Positions 40,064 through 48,776 of a DNA stretch of 64,000 nt are shown in pieces. The notes beneath the pieces were generated by a model. The model made no database searches, was not told where the DNA came from, and was given only the letters and a program-made list of their open reading frames with translations. The stretch covers positions 66,243-130,242 of the forward strand of contig CAZUTO010000001.1 of assembly GCA_964623085.1 (NCBI GenBank), given 5' to 3'. The translations under genes and the position numbers were made by a program. Each line of letters begins with the position of its first letter. The stretch's first letter is position 1. The stretch is from an uncultured Porticoccaceae bacterium. GTDB lineage: Bacteria; Pseudomonadota; Gammaproteobacteria; Pseudomonadales; GM7GCV1.

Positions 40064-40918
40064 TTAAGTATTTGAATTTAAAGTTTTTTCGCCTGACTCT
40101 AATGTTTGTGAAATCAGTGTATTGATTGTCATCGGTCCGACTCCGCCAGGGACTGGTGTGTAGGCTGCCACACGGTCCAAAAGTGGTTCTAATTCAACAT
40201 CTCCAACACCACCTGGATGATAGCCGGCGTCGATAACAATCGCGTTGTCTTTTACCCAGCTGGCTTTAACGAACTCCGGCTTACCAACCGCTGCAACCAC
40301 AATATCCGCTTGCTTGACTATATTTTCTAGATTTTTCGTTCGCGAATGGCAAATAGTCACAGTTGCGTCCGCCGCTAACAGCATCATGGCCATCGGTTTT
40401 CCTAGTATTGCGCTGCGCCCAAGAACAACGGCGTGTTGGCCGGAGATGGGAACATCATAGGCCTCTAGTATTGACATGATCCCCCTTGGCGTCGCACAAC
40501 CGTAGGCTTTTTCACCCATGCTCATTCTTCCGAAACCGAGACAGGTGACGCCATCGACGTCTTTACTGAGATCAATGGCGTCGAAGCAGGCACGTTCATC
40601 AATATGGGAGGGCACTGGGTGCTGCAACAAAATTCCATGCACGTTGCCGTCATCATTGAGCCGGAGGATGTGGGTGAGTAGTTGTTCGGTTGTCGTGGAA
40701 GAGGGCAGTTCGACCTTGACGGAATCCATGCCGATACGTCGACAGGCATTGCCCTTCATATTCACGTAGGTTGCGGAAGCAGGGTCCTCGCCTACGAGTA
40801 TAGTGGCGAGAATGGGCGTTACCCCATCGCCTCTTTGTTTTAAGGCCTCAACGCGTGTTGCAAATTGTGCTTCATTTTCTTTAGCGAGTTGGCGTCCATC
40901 TAAAACAATTGCTGTCAT
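40064..40918 (-). CDS. folD: Bifunctional methylenetetrahydrofolate dehydrogenase/cyclohydrolase
   Basis: 284 aa, with [20 protein letters not shown] and PGGVGPMT motifs. Confidence 0.96.
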   Translation of the reverse strand: MTAIVLDGRQLAKENEAQFATRVEALKQRGDGVTPILATILVGEDPASATYVNMKGNACRRIGMDSVKVELPSSTTTEQLLTHILRLNDDGNVHGILLQHPVPSHIDERACFDAIDLSKDVDGVTCLGFGRMSMGEKAYGCATPRGIMSILEAYDVPISGQHAVVLGRSAILGKPMAMMLLAADATVTICHSRTKNLENIVKQADIVVAAVGKPEFVKASWVKDNAIVIDAGYHPGGVGDVELEPLLDRVAAYTPVPGGVGPMTINTLISQTLESGEKTLNSNT

Positions 40919-41036
40919 GTATTTGGCATTATATTGGTGGATTTAGTCTAAGTATTTTCGCAAATCCGAATGCTGGATGATATAGCTAACAAAGCAGATA
41001 TTTGCTTAATTAGTCGAACTAAACTAGTAGGTGTCG

Positions 41037-41065
41037 TTGACTGGATGCAGAGGCCTCAGTATCAT
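41037..41065 (+). promoter_or_regulatory. Sigma70 promoter of the tRNA Pro-Arg-His operon with a GC-rich discriminator
   Basis: TTGACT, 17 nt, TATCAT, followed by GCGCGACC. There is an AT-rich upstream tract. It lies 28 nt before tRNA-Pro. Confidence 0.6.
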
Positions 41066-41092
41066 GCGCGACCTTCGTTATTCAGAACGATT

Positions 41093-41169
41093 CGGGGTAT
41101 AGCGCAGTCTGGTAGCGCGCCTGCTTTGGGAGCAGGATGTCGGGAGTTCGAATCTCTCTACCCCGACCA
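41093..41169 (+). tRNA. tRNA-Pro (anticodon UGG)
   Basis: Manual cloverleaf: acceptor cggggta/taccccg, anticodon loop ttTGGga, T-loop ttcgaat, encoded CCA. Confidence 0.95.
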
Positions 41170-41209
41170 ATTTTTGGTAATCGCCTATTATTGGTTATCT
41201 GCGAATCGA

Positions 41210-41286
41210 GCGCCCATAGCTCAACTGGATAGAGCAACGGCCTTCTAAGCCGTAGGTTCCAGGTTCGAGTCCTGGTGGGCGCGCCA
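41210..41286 (+). tRNA. tRNA-Arg (anticodon UCU)
   Basis: Acceptor gcgccca/tgggcgc, anticodon loop ctTCTaa, T-loop ttcgagt, encoded CCA. Confidence 0.95.
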
Positions 41287-41319
41287 TTTAGGTGGCATTT
41301 AGGATAAACAGATCGTTAT

Positions 41320-41396
41320 GGTGACTGTAGCTCAGTAGGTAGAGCGCTGGATTGTGATTCCGGTCGTCGCGGGTTCGATTCCCGTCAGTCACCCCA
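41320..41396 (+). tRNA. tRNA-His (anticodon GUG) with encoded G-1
   Basis: Extra 5' G pairs with C73. Anticodon loop ttGTGat, T-loop ttcgatt, encoded CCA. Confidence 0.95.
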
Positions 41397-41433
41397 TTTT
41401 AAATCTTTGATTACTAATCAGCAGACAAAAAAA

Positions 41434-41457
41434 AGCCTGGATAAACCAGGCTTTTTT
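41434..41457. terminator. Bidirectional rho-independent terminator (tRNA operon / lipoprotein gene)
   Basis: agcctgg-ataaa-ccaggct is flanked by an A8 tract upstream and a T6 tract downstream. Confidence 0.8.
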
Positions 41458-41476
41458 AAGATTTAGCTTTCAGCGC

Positions 41477-41995
41477 CTATTTGCCCAATGGATTGAGCTT
41501 ATTAATCGCGTCTTCCACGTTTTCTTTTGTCTCAGACAGTGTCGCATCTGAAGGGACCGCATCTGCTGCACCAGCATTTGATGGAACGGCGTCTGATACT
41601 CGGTCAGCTAATGAATTTTGCAAATCTGAAGCAGAGCCTTCTGGTGCTGAGCCGGTTAACGAACTTTTTAAATCCGAAACAGCGCCTTCAACACTTTCTA
41701 CTTTTGAAGCCACGCCTTCTGTCACGTTTGAAACAGCATCGGTAGCGCCTGAAGCGAGTCCCGAGACAGTTTCAGTGGCGCCTTCGACTAGGCCTTCTGC
41801 ACCTTCTACATAACCTCCAACCGCGTCAGTTACGCCTTCCACTTTATCAGTGACGCCTTCTAGCGTGCCTGTTACTGTTTCAGAAAGGCTTTCGGTTGTT
41901 GGCAGGGCGTCCGCTCCGCTGGTCGATGCATCTTTAGAGCAGCCGACAACGGCAAACGCGGTAATAATAAATAAACAAATTGAAATCACTCTCAT
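41477..41995 (-). CDS. Repeat-rich acidic lipoprotein, function unknown
   Basis: Signal peptide plus lipobox (MRVISICLFIITAFAVVGC). The mature part is low-complexity V/E/G/T/D/A/S with recurring EGVTD, GATDAV and VEG units. Other frames are also open because of the compositional bias, so the coding call rests mainly on the lipobox and the flanking terminator. Confidence 0.6.
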   Translation of the reverse strand: MRVISICLFIITAFAVVGCSKDASTSGADALPTTESLSETVTGTLEGVTDKVEGVTDAVGGYVEGAEGLVEGATETVSGLASGATDAVSNVTEGVASKVESVEGAVSDLKSSLTGSAPEGSASDLQNSLADRVSDAVPSNAGAADAVPSDATLSETKENVEDAINKLNPLGK

Positions 41996-42097
41996 GATTG
42001 TGTCCTCCTTCTAATAACGTTTAGAGATTGAAGTCTAGTCTCTTTGATTGATACATGGTAGCCATTTTATGTAAACAATGATCACTCGCGATTTTCA

Positions 42098-42126
42098 TTG
42101 ATGCGAATAAAGGTCTATGGCAAAAT
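42098..42126 (+). promoter_or_regulatory. Putative promoter for tRNA-Leu
   Basis: TTGATG, 17 nt, CAAAAT, followed by the CGCGGCCC discriminator. Confidence 0.4.
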
Positions 42127-42147
42127 CGCGGCCCGTTTTGGGGTGGT

Positions 42148-42177
42148 CTATCCTGTACGAGACTATCCTGTACGAGA
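42148..42177 (+). repeat. Perfect tandem duplication of a 15-bp unit (ctatcctgtacgaga x2) abutting tRNA-Leu
   Basis: Direct reading of the sequence. A third, partial unit (ctat-gcgaga) runs into the tRNA 5' end. Confidence 0.9.
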
Positions 42178-42181
42178 CTAT

Positions 42182-42266
<85 letters not shown>

Positions 42267-42314
42267 TATTCATTTGTTACCAAGACTTCTCCTGTCGATT
42301 TGCGCGAGGAAAAA

Positions 42315-43619
42315 ATGCAAGTATCCGTTGAAACAATCACTGGTCTAGAGCGTCGAATGACGGTTGAGCTGCCAAATTCAGAAGTGGACCAAGAGGTAAA
42401 TGAACGGTTAAAGAAGGCCGCCAAAAACGTCCGTCTTGATGGTTTTCGAAAGGGCAAAGTGCCAATGAACGTTTTGCGTCAGCGGTTTGGTGCAAGTATT
42501 CGGAGTGAAGTGCTAGGTGAAGTAATTAATCGTTCCTACGGCGAGGCTCTTCAGCAAGAGAAAGTGCGTCCCGCAGGTATGCCGGCGATCGAGCCATTGA
42601 ACGATGAAATTGCGGGGGACGAAACGTTTTCTTATACCGCAACTTTTGAGGTTTATCCTGAAATTGAGTTAAAAGATTTTTCAAGCCTTGAGATAGAAAA
42701 AGTAAGTGCCTCGGTCAGCGACGGGGATGTTGATGACATGATCGAGAATTTGCGTAAGCAGCACTCCAATTGGAATGCCGTTGAGCGGCAAGCTAAGGAC
42801 GACGATCAAGTGACTATCGACTATGTCGGTACAGTGGATGGCGAAGAATTTGAAGGTGGTAAAGCCGAGGATAGCACGCTCAACTTAGGCAGTGGGCAAA
42901 TGATACCGGGGTTTGAATCTGGCATTATTGGTATGAAAGCTGGTGATACTAGAAACGTTGAAGTGACCTTCCCAGAAGATTATCAAGCCGAGGATTTAAA
43001 GGGTAAGAATGCGGTTTTTGCGATCCATTTAAAGAGTGTTGAAGAACGTTCGCTACCAGAAGTGGATGCAGACTTTGTCGAAAAATTAGGCATAGGGAAC
43101 GGTGATGCTGCAAAGCTGCGTGAAGAACTTCGCGCCAATATGGAACGTGAGCTAGGTAATAAGACCTCATCTCATCTTAAAAACGCGGCTATGAAAGCTG
43201 TCGCAGATCTACATGAAATTGATTTGCCGAAATCCATGGTCAAGGAAGAAATCGGTCAAGTGAAGCGCCAAATGTTTCAGCAATATGGGGGAGGCCAAGA
43301 TCTGGATGTTGATCAATTTCCTGACGAACCCTTTGTAGAGCAGGCGGAATCGCGCGTTAAGCTAGGCTTGATTATTTCAGAGATTGTGTCGGAAGCAAAA
43401 ATAGAAGTTGATGACGATCGAGTTAAGCAAGAAATTTCTGTGCAGGCTGCTAGCTACGAAAATCCGGAAGAGATAGAGCAATACTATCAGCAGAATCAAG
43501 AAGTCATGAACTCGATGCGTATGAAAGTACTGGAAGATCAGGTAGTAGATCACATTCTTGAGAATGCATCTGTGAAAGAGGTGTCACTCAGCTATCAAGA
43601 GTTGATGGAAAAGCAATAA
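42315..43619 (+). CDS. tig: Trigger factor
   Basis: MQVSVETITGLERRMTVELP N-terminus, GFRKGKVP ribosome-binding motif, FKBP domain. The track start at 42225 lies inside tRNA-Leu and is rejected. Confidence 0.96.
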   Translation: MQVSVETITGLERRMTVELPNSEVDQEVNERLKKAAKNVRLDGFRKGKVPMNVLRQRFGASIRSEVLGEVINRSYGEALQQEKVRPAGMPAIEPLNDEIAGDETFSYTATFEVYPEIELKDFSSLEIEKVSASVSDGDVDDMIENLRKQHSNWNAVERQAKDDDQVTIDYVGTVDGEEFEGGKAEDSTLNLGSGQMIPGFESGIIGMKAGDTRNVEVTFPEDYQAEDLKGKNAVFAIHLKSVEERSLPEVDADFVEKLGIGNGDAAKLREELRANMERELGNKTSSHLKNAAMKAVADLHEIDLPKSMVKEEIGQVKRQMFQQYGGGQDLDVDQFPDEPFVEQAESRVKLGLIISEIVSEAKIEVDDDRVKQEISVQAASYENPEEIEQYYQQNQEVMNSMRMKVLEDQVVDHILENASVKEVSLSYQELMEKQ

Positions 43620-43734
43620 TCCTTTCTAATACTAGTCTATCCAAGATGCGGCGCTGGGAAAGCTGATTTGAGCTTTGCTATTCGTCGATTTAGCGTTTTC
43701 CTAACTATTAATCATTAAGGGGTTGTTGGTAGCT

Positions 43735-44352
43735 ATGATCGGAGACAACATTGGTCAAGATGTGTTGGGTTTAGGCATGGTGCCAATTGTTGTTGAGCAG
43801 TCTTCGCGAGGGGAGCGCTCATATGACATCTATTCTAGATTGCTCAAGGAACGCGTCATATTTTTGATTGGCCCTGTTGATGACCATACTGCCAACCTTG
43901 TAGTGGCACAGCTCTTATTCCTTGAATCAGACAATCCTGATAAAGATATCCATTTATACATCAACTCGCCTGGAGGCTCGGTGACAGCTGGTATGTCGAT
44001 TTACGACACCATGCAATTTGTGAAGCCGGATGTCAGTACAATGTGCATTGGCCAAGCCTGTAGCATGGGTTCTTTCCTCTTGGCCGCCGGCGCCTCAGGA
44101 AAGCGCCATTGTTTGCCAAATAGTCGTACGATGATTCACCAGCCTAGCGGCGGTGCGCAAGGTCAAGCTTCCGATATACACATACAGGCTCAAGAAATTC
44201 TTAAAATTAGAGAAAAATTGAACGAACTTCTGGCCAAACATACGGGTCAAAGTGCTGAAACGATTGCAAATGATACTGAGCGCGACAATTTTATGAGCGC
44301 TGAGGAATCCGTTAAATATGGGTTAGTCGATTCGGTCATCACGACTCGCTAA
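43735..44352 (+). CDS. clpP: ATP-dependent Clp protease proteolytic subunit
   Basis: Catalytic Ser context ([11 protein letters not shown]) and MIHQP. I prefer the ATG at 43735 over the TTG at 43723, but the start is uncertain. Confidence 0.95.
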   Translation: MIGDNIGQDVLGLGMVPIVVEQSSRGERSYDIYSRLLKERVIFLIGPVDDHTANLVVAQLLFLESDNPDKDIHLYINSPGGSVTAGMSIYDTMQFVKPDVSTMCIGQACSMGSFLLAAGASGKRHCLPNSRTMIHQPSGGAQGQASDIHIQAQEILKIREKLNELLAKHTGQSAETIANDTERDNFMSAEESVKYGLVDSVITTR

Positions 44353-44428
44353 CTTTTTACAGGGTAAGTTAATCTGGGTAGTCTAGAATTCTAGATACCT
44401 CGCACGAAAAGAAAAGATACGGTTATTT

Positions 44429-45715
44429 ATGTCTGACAAAGAAAACGACAAATCTGACGACAGCAAACTTCTATATTGCTCTTTCTGTGGCAAAAGCCAG
44501 CATGATGTTCGCAAGCTTATTGCGGGGCCGTCAGTCTTTATTTGTGATGAATGTGTCGAATTATGTAATGACATTATTCGCGAAGAAATCGAAGAGACCG
44601 ACTCGGTGGCGGGTGATAGCAAGCTACCTACCCCAAAAGAAATAAAAGATATACTTGATCAGTACGTTATTGGTCAGCCGCATGCCAAAAAAGTGCTTTC
44701 TGTAGCGGTATACAACCACTACAAGCGTCTGCGAACGCCGCAGAAATCTGGCGATGCCAATGTCGAGCTCGGCAAAAGTAATATTCTGCTAGTCGGTCCT
44801 ACCGGATGTGGTAAAACACTGCTGGCCGAAACGCTCGCTCGCTTGCTAAATGTGCCTTTCACTATCGCTGATGCAACGACGTTAACCGAGGCGGGTTATG
44901 TCGGTGAAGATGTTGAAAATATCATCCAAAAATTGTTGCAGAAGTGTGATTACGACGTTGAGAAAGCGCAAATGGGCATCGTCTATATCGACGAAATCGA
45001 TAAGATATCCAGGAAGTCGGATAATCCTTCCATTACACGAGATGTATCTGGAGAGGGTGTACAGCAAGCACTTTTGAAACTTATTGAGGGAACCGTTGCT
45101 TCTGTGCCGCCGCAAGGGGGACGTAAGCATCCACAACAGGAGTTCCTTCAGGTAGATACATCTAGCATCTTGTTTATTTGTGGCGGTGCATTTGCTGGTT
45201 TGGATAGAGTGATTCGTGATCGAACGGAGAAAGGCGGCATTGGCTTTAATGCAGACGTAGCAACAAAGGACGACAGTAAGACTCTCGGCGAGCTATTTCG
45301 CTCCGTTGAGCCTGAAGATCTGATTAAATTTGGGTTGATCCCCGAATTCGTGGGCCGTTTGCCTGTTTTAGCGACATTAGAAGAGCTAGATAAACAAGCG
45401 CTTGTCAAAATTCTGACTGAACCAAAGAACTCGCTTACGAAGCAGTACACTAAGTTATTTGAAATGGAATCTGTCGAAGTCGATTTTCGCCCAGAGGCGT
45501 TGGATGCGATAGCTGAGAAAGGCTTAGAGCGCAAGACTGGGGCTCGAGGTTTGAGGTCTATTCTCGAGGCCGTACTGCTCGATACGATGTATCAGATTCC
45601 ATCGCAACCAAACGTCGTTAAAGTCGTGATAGATGGGTCAGTCATAGAAGGCGAGAGTGAACCTATCTTGGTTTATGAAAACAGTTCGCCGCAGAAAGCA
45701 ATTTCGGACGAATAG
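44429..45715 (+). CDS. clpX: ATP-dependent Clp protease ATP-binding subunit ClpX
   Basis: Zinc-binding domain CSFCGK...CDEC and Walker A GPTGCGKT. Confidence 0.98.
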   Translation: MSDKENDKSDDSKLLYCSFCGKSQHDVRKLIAGPSVFICDECVELCNDIIREEIEETDSVAGDSKLPTPKEIKDILDQYVIGQPHAKKVLSVAVYNHYKRLRTPQKSGDANVELGKSNILLVGPTGCGKTLLAETLARLLNVPFTIADATTLTEAGYVGEDVENIIQKLLQKCDYDVEKAQMGIVYIDEIDKISRKSDNPSITRDVSGEGVQQALLKLIEGTVASVPPQGGRKHPQQEFLQVDTSSILFICGGAFAGLDRVIRDRTEKGGIGFNADVATKDDSKTLGELFRSVEPEDLIKFGLIPEFVGRLPVLATLEELDKQALVKILTEPKNSLTKQYTKLFEMESVEVDFRPEALDAIAEKGLERKTGARGLRSILEAVLLDTMYQIPSQPNVVKVVIDGSVIEGESEPILVYENSSPQKAISDE

Positions 45716-45724
45716 TGATGAAGT

Positions 45725-45753
45725 AAAAAGGCCAATCATAGATTGGCCTTTTT
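45725..45753 (+). terminator. Rho-independent terminator after clpX
   Basis: aaaaaggccaatc-ata-gattggccttttt. Confidence 0.8.
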
Positions 45754-45754
45754 A

Positions 45755-45782
45755 CTTGTAATTCCGTTATTTAACCCCATGT
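45755..45782 (+). promoter_or_regulatory. Sigma32 (RpoH) heat-shock-type promoter upstream of lon
   Basis: CTTGTAA, 13 nt, CCCCATGT, compared with the consensus CTTGAAA-N13/14-CCCCATnT. It lies 48 nt upstream of the lon ATG. Confidence 0.65.
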
Positions 45783-45829
45783 TGGATTAAGTAACCCTAA
45801 TTAGCTAACTAGCCATCGAGCCAGCATTT

Positions 45830-48244
45830 ATGTCTCAAACACCCTTTGATAAAGCCAATTGTTTGCCACTGATACCGCTTCGTGACGTAGTGGTTTATCC
45901 GGAAATGGTGATCCCTCTTTTTGTGGGTCGTGAGAAGTCAGTTGCGGCTATAGAGGCGTCTGTCGAACATACGAACAAACAATTGTTGCTCGTAGCGCAA
46001 CACGAGTCTCAGACCAACGAACCATCGCAGAACGACCTTAATTTGATCGGTACATTGGCGAACGTTCTGCAATTGCTTAAATTGCCTGATGGTACGTTGA
46101 AGATATTGGTAGAGGGTCAAGACCGAGTGCAGGTCGACAACATTGTAGAGATAGACGGTGAGTATCTGATCTCGGATTACGAAGTACTTGGAGAGCAATA
46201 TCCTGAGGAACAGGAATCCGAAGAGCTTATGGCGACGTTGCGTGAAGAACTCGCGTCCTATGCTGAGTCAAGCAAAAAACTTCCCAAAGAGGTCATGGTT
46301 TCGCTCAGCGATATTAATGATCTTCCGGTGCTCGTTGATAGTATTGCTATGCATCTCCCTCTGGATCTTAAGATTAAGCAGCAAGTGTTGGAGTGCTCTT
46401 CAGTCGTGGAGCGCGCAGAGCTGATTCTGGGCACGCTCGACGTTGAAGCTGACTTGCAGAAGGTTGAACGAAGAATTAGAACCCGTGTAAAAAAACAGAT
46501 GGAGAAGAGCCAGAGGGAGTATTACCTCAACGAGCAAATGAAGGCGATCCAAAAAGAGCTTGGGGATATTGACGGCGGGAGTAACGAGCTAGAGCAGTTA
46601 GAGGAAAAAATTAAAGCGTCGAAAATGACCGCTGCGGCCGAGGAAAAGGCACTGTCAGAGCTCAATAAAATGAAGATGATGTCGCCTATGTCGGCTGAAG
46701 CATCTGTCTTGCGAAACTATTTAGATTGGATGCTCTCGATTCCTTGGAATGAAAAAACCAAGTTGCGTCACGATCTATTCAAGGCTGAAGAAATACTAGA
46801 CGCAGATCACTATGGTCTAGAAGAAGTCAAAGAACGAATTCTAGAATTTCTCGCTGTGCAAAAACGAGTGCGCAAGCTCAAAGGACCGATACTTTGTTTG
46901 GTGGGTCCTCCTGGCGTCGGCAAAACATCTCTGGGGGAATCTATTGCGCGCGCTACGAATCGAGAGTTTGTGCGTATGTCTTTAGGTGGTGTTCGCGATG
47001 AGGCAGAGATTCGCGGGCACCGGAGAACCTATATTGGTTCTTTGCCAGGCAAGCTCATTCAGAAATTATCAAAGGTCGGCGTCAACAACCCGCTATTTCT
47101 CCTAGATGAAGTAGACAAGATGGGTATGGACTATCGCGGTGATCCGGCATCAGCGTTATTGGAAGTGCTGGATCCTGAGCAAAACAGTTCGTTTAGTGAT
47201 CACTATCTCGAAGTGGACTACGACCTCTCCGATATCATGTTTGTGTGCACCGCCAATTCAATGAATATTCCAGGCCCACTGCTTGATCGAATGGAGATCA
47301 TTCGTATACCCGGCTATACGGAAGATGAGAAAGTTGTGATTGCGGAAAAGTACTTGGTTCCAAAGCAAATCAAGGCCAACGGACTTAAGAAGAAAGAACT
47401 AGATATATCAGAATCTGCGATCCGAAAGATCGTTCGCCGTTACACGAAAGAGGCTGGTGTGCGAAATTTTGATCGAGAAATCGCCAAGCTCGCTCGAAAA
47501 GTGGTGATGAAAAATTCAGACAAGAAAAAGATGGTACCGGTTGAAATCGCCGAGGGCGATTTAGTCGAGTACTTAGGCGTTGAAAAATTTAGTCACGGTG
47601 TGGCAGAGGAAAAAAATCAAGTAGGGCAGGTGACAGGTCTGGCTTGGACACAAGTAGGTGGCGAAATTCTAACAATAGAATCTTCAGTCGTGAGCGGCAC
47701 GGGAAAGATTATAAAAACCGGTTCGCTTGGCGATGTGATGCAAGAATCGATACAAGCAGCGTTGACCGTTGTCCGTGGTCGATCCGATGCGCTCGGCATT
47801 GATCCGGAGTTTTATCGCGAAACGGATATACATATTCATATACCAGAAGGTGCGACGCCGAAAGATGGGCCCAGTGCCGGCATTGGTATTTGTACCGCGT
47901 TGGTTTCTGAGCTCACCGGCATTCCTGTGAGGTCTGATGTAGCGATGACCGGAGAGATCACTCTACGTGGCGAGGTGTTACCTATCGGCGGGATAAAAGA
48001 AAAGCTGCTGGCCGCGCATCGAGCGGGGATAAAGACGGTGATAGTGCCCGGAGAGAACGAGAAGAATCTTGCAGAGATACCGGACAATATAAAACAGGAT
48101 CTAACGATTCGAACGGCAAAGTGGATCGATGAGGTGTTAGATATAGCACTCGAAAAAATGCCTCAACCACTTGATAAAGACCTCAAGGTTATGCAAGAAA
48201 AATCGACCAAATCGTCAGATAAAAACACGCTTAGAACCCATTGA
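45830..48244 (+). CDS. lon: Lon protease
   Basis: 804 aa with a LAN domain, AAA+ (GPPGVGKTS) and a protease domain with PKDGPSAG. Confidence 0.98.
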   Translation: MSQTPFDKANCLPLIPLRDVVVYPEMVIPLFVGREKSVAAIEASVEHTNKQLLLVAQHESQTNEPSQNDLNLIGTLANVLQLLKLPDGTLKILVEGQDRVQVDNIVEIDGEYLISDYEVLGEQYPEEQESEELMATLREELASYAESSKKLPKEVMVSLSDINDLPVLVDSIAMHLPLDLKIKQQVLECSSVVERAELILGTLDVEADLQKVERRIRTRVKKQMEKSQREYYLNEQMKAIQKELGDIDGGSNELEQLEEKIKASKMTAAAEEKALSELNKMKMMSPMSAEASVLRNYLDWMLSIPWNEKTKLRHDLFKAEEILDADHYGLEEVKERILEFLAVQKRVRKLKGPILCLVGPPGVGKTSLGESIARATNREFVRMSLGGVRDEAEIRGHRRTYIGSLPGKLIQKLSKVGVNNPLFLLDEVDKMGMDYRGDPASALLEVLDPEQNSSFSDHYLEVDYDLSDIMFVCTANSMNIPGPLLDRMEIIRIPGYTEDEKVVIAEKYLVPKQIKANGLKKKELDISESAIRKIVRRYTKEAGVRNFDREIAKLARKVVMKNSDKKKMVPVEIAEGDLVEYLGVEKFSHGVAEEKNQVGQVTGLAWTQVGGEILTIESSVVSGTGKIIKTGSLGDVMQESIQAALTVVRGRSDALGIDPEFYRETDIHIHIPEGATPKDGPSAGIGICTALVSELTGIPVRSDVAMTGEITLRGEVLPIGGIKEKLLAAHRAGIKTVIVPGENEKNLAEIPDNIKQDLTIRTAKWIDEVLDIALEKMPQPLDKDLKVMQEKSTKSSDKNTLRTH

Positions 48245-48300
48245 CATTTCCGAAATCTTCGGCGTTCAATAAAGATCTTCAATATTAATATTAAAGCTGC

Positions 48301-48330
48301 TTGACCGGCGGTTATGCGGCTTGGTATAAA
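48301..48330 (+). promoter_or_regulatory. Putative hupB promoter
   Basis: TTGACC, 18 nt, TATAAA. Confidence 0.4.
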
Positions 48331-48423
48331 GCTTATAGCGATAATTAGAAGGTGGAGCTAACCCATCGCACGCAGTAGTTCGGGTTGGGGTAAAACAACA
48401 TTTGATAAAAATAGGAAATACAC

Positions 48424-48696
48424 GTGAATAAAAGTGAACTAATTGATTTGATTGCAGATTCCGCAGATATTTCAAAGGCTAAAGCTGGTCTTGCTCTAGA
48501 CGCATTCACAGATGGTGTAACTAAAGCGCTTAAAAAAGGGGACAGCGTTTCTCTAGTAGGTTTCGGTACGTACTCTGTTAAGGCACGTGCAGCTAGACAA
48601 GGTCGTAATCCACAGACAGGTGCGACGATTCAGATCAAAGCTTCTAACGTGCCAGGCTTTAAAGCAGGCAAGGCGTTAAAAGAAGCAGTTAACTAG
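48424..48696 (+). CDS. hupB: DNA-binding protein HU-beta
   Basis: 90 aa, [11 protein letters not shown]...GRNPQTG. GTG start with AGGAAA upstream. Confidence 0.95.
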   Translation: MNKSELIDLIADSADISKAKAGLALDAFTDGVTKALKKGDSVSLVGFGTYSVKARAARQGRNPQTGATIQIKASNVPGFKAGKALKEAVN

Positions 48697-48722
48697 ACAT
48701 CGCCTAAGGCGGTTTATTAACG

Positions 48723-48749
48723 AGGGCGCATATATATGCGCCCTTTTTC
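48723..48749 (+). terminator. Rho-independent terminator after hupB
   Basis: 22-nt perfect palindrome agggcgcatatatatgcgccct plus a T5 run. Confidence 0.85.
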
Positions 48750-48776
48750 TATTTCTGAACTCAATGAAATAACACG

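Noticed and set aside
44382-44395. TCTAGAATTCTAGA interpreted as a synthetic XbaI-EcoRI-XbaI linker (assembly or cloning artefact).
   Set aside because: The flanks are seamless native clpP-clpX context with intact stop, spacer, RBS and start. It is kept only as a low-interest natural palindrome.
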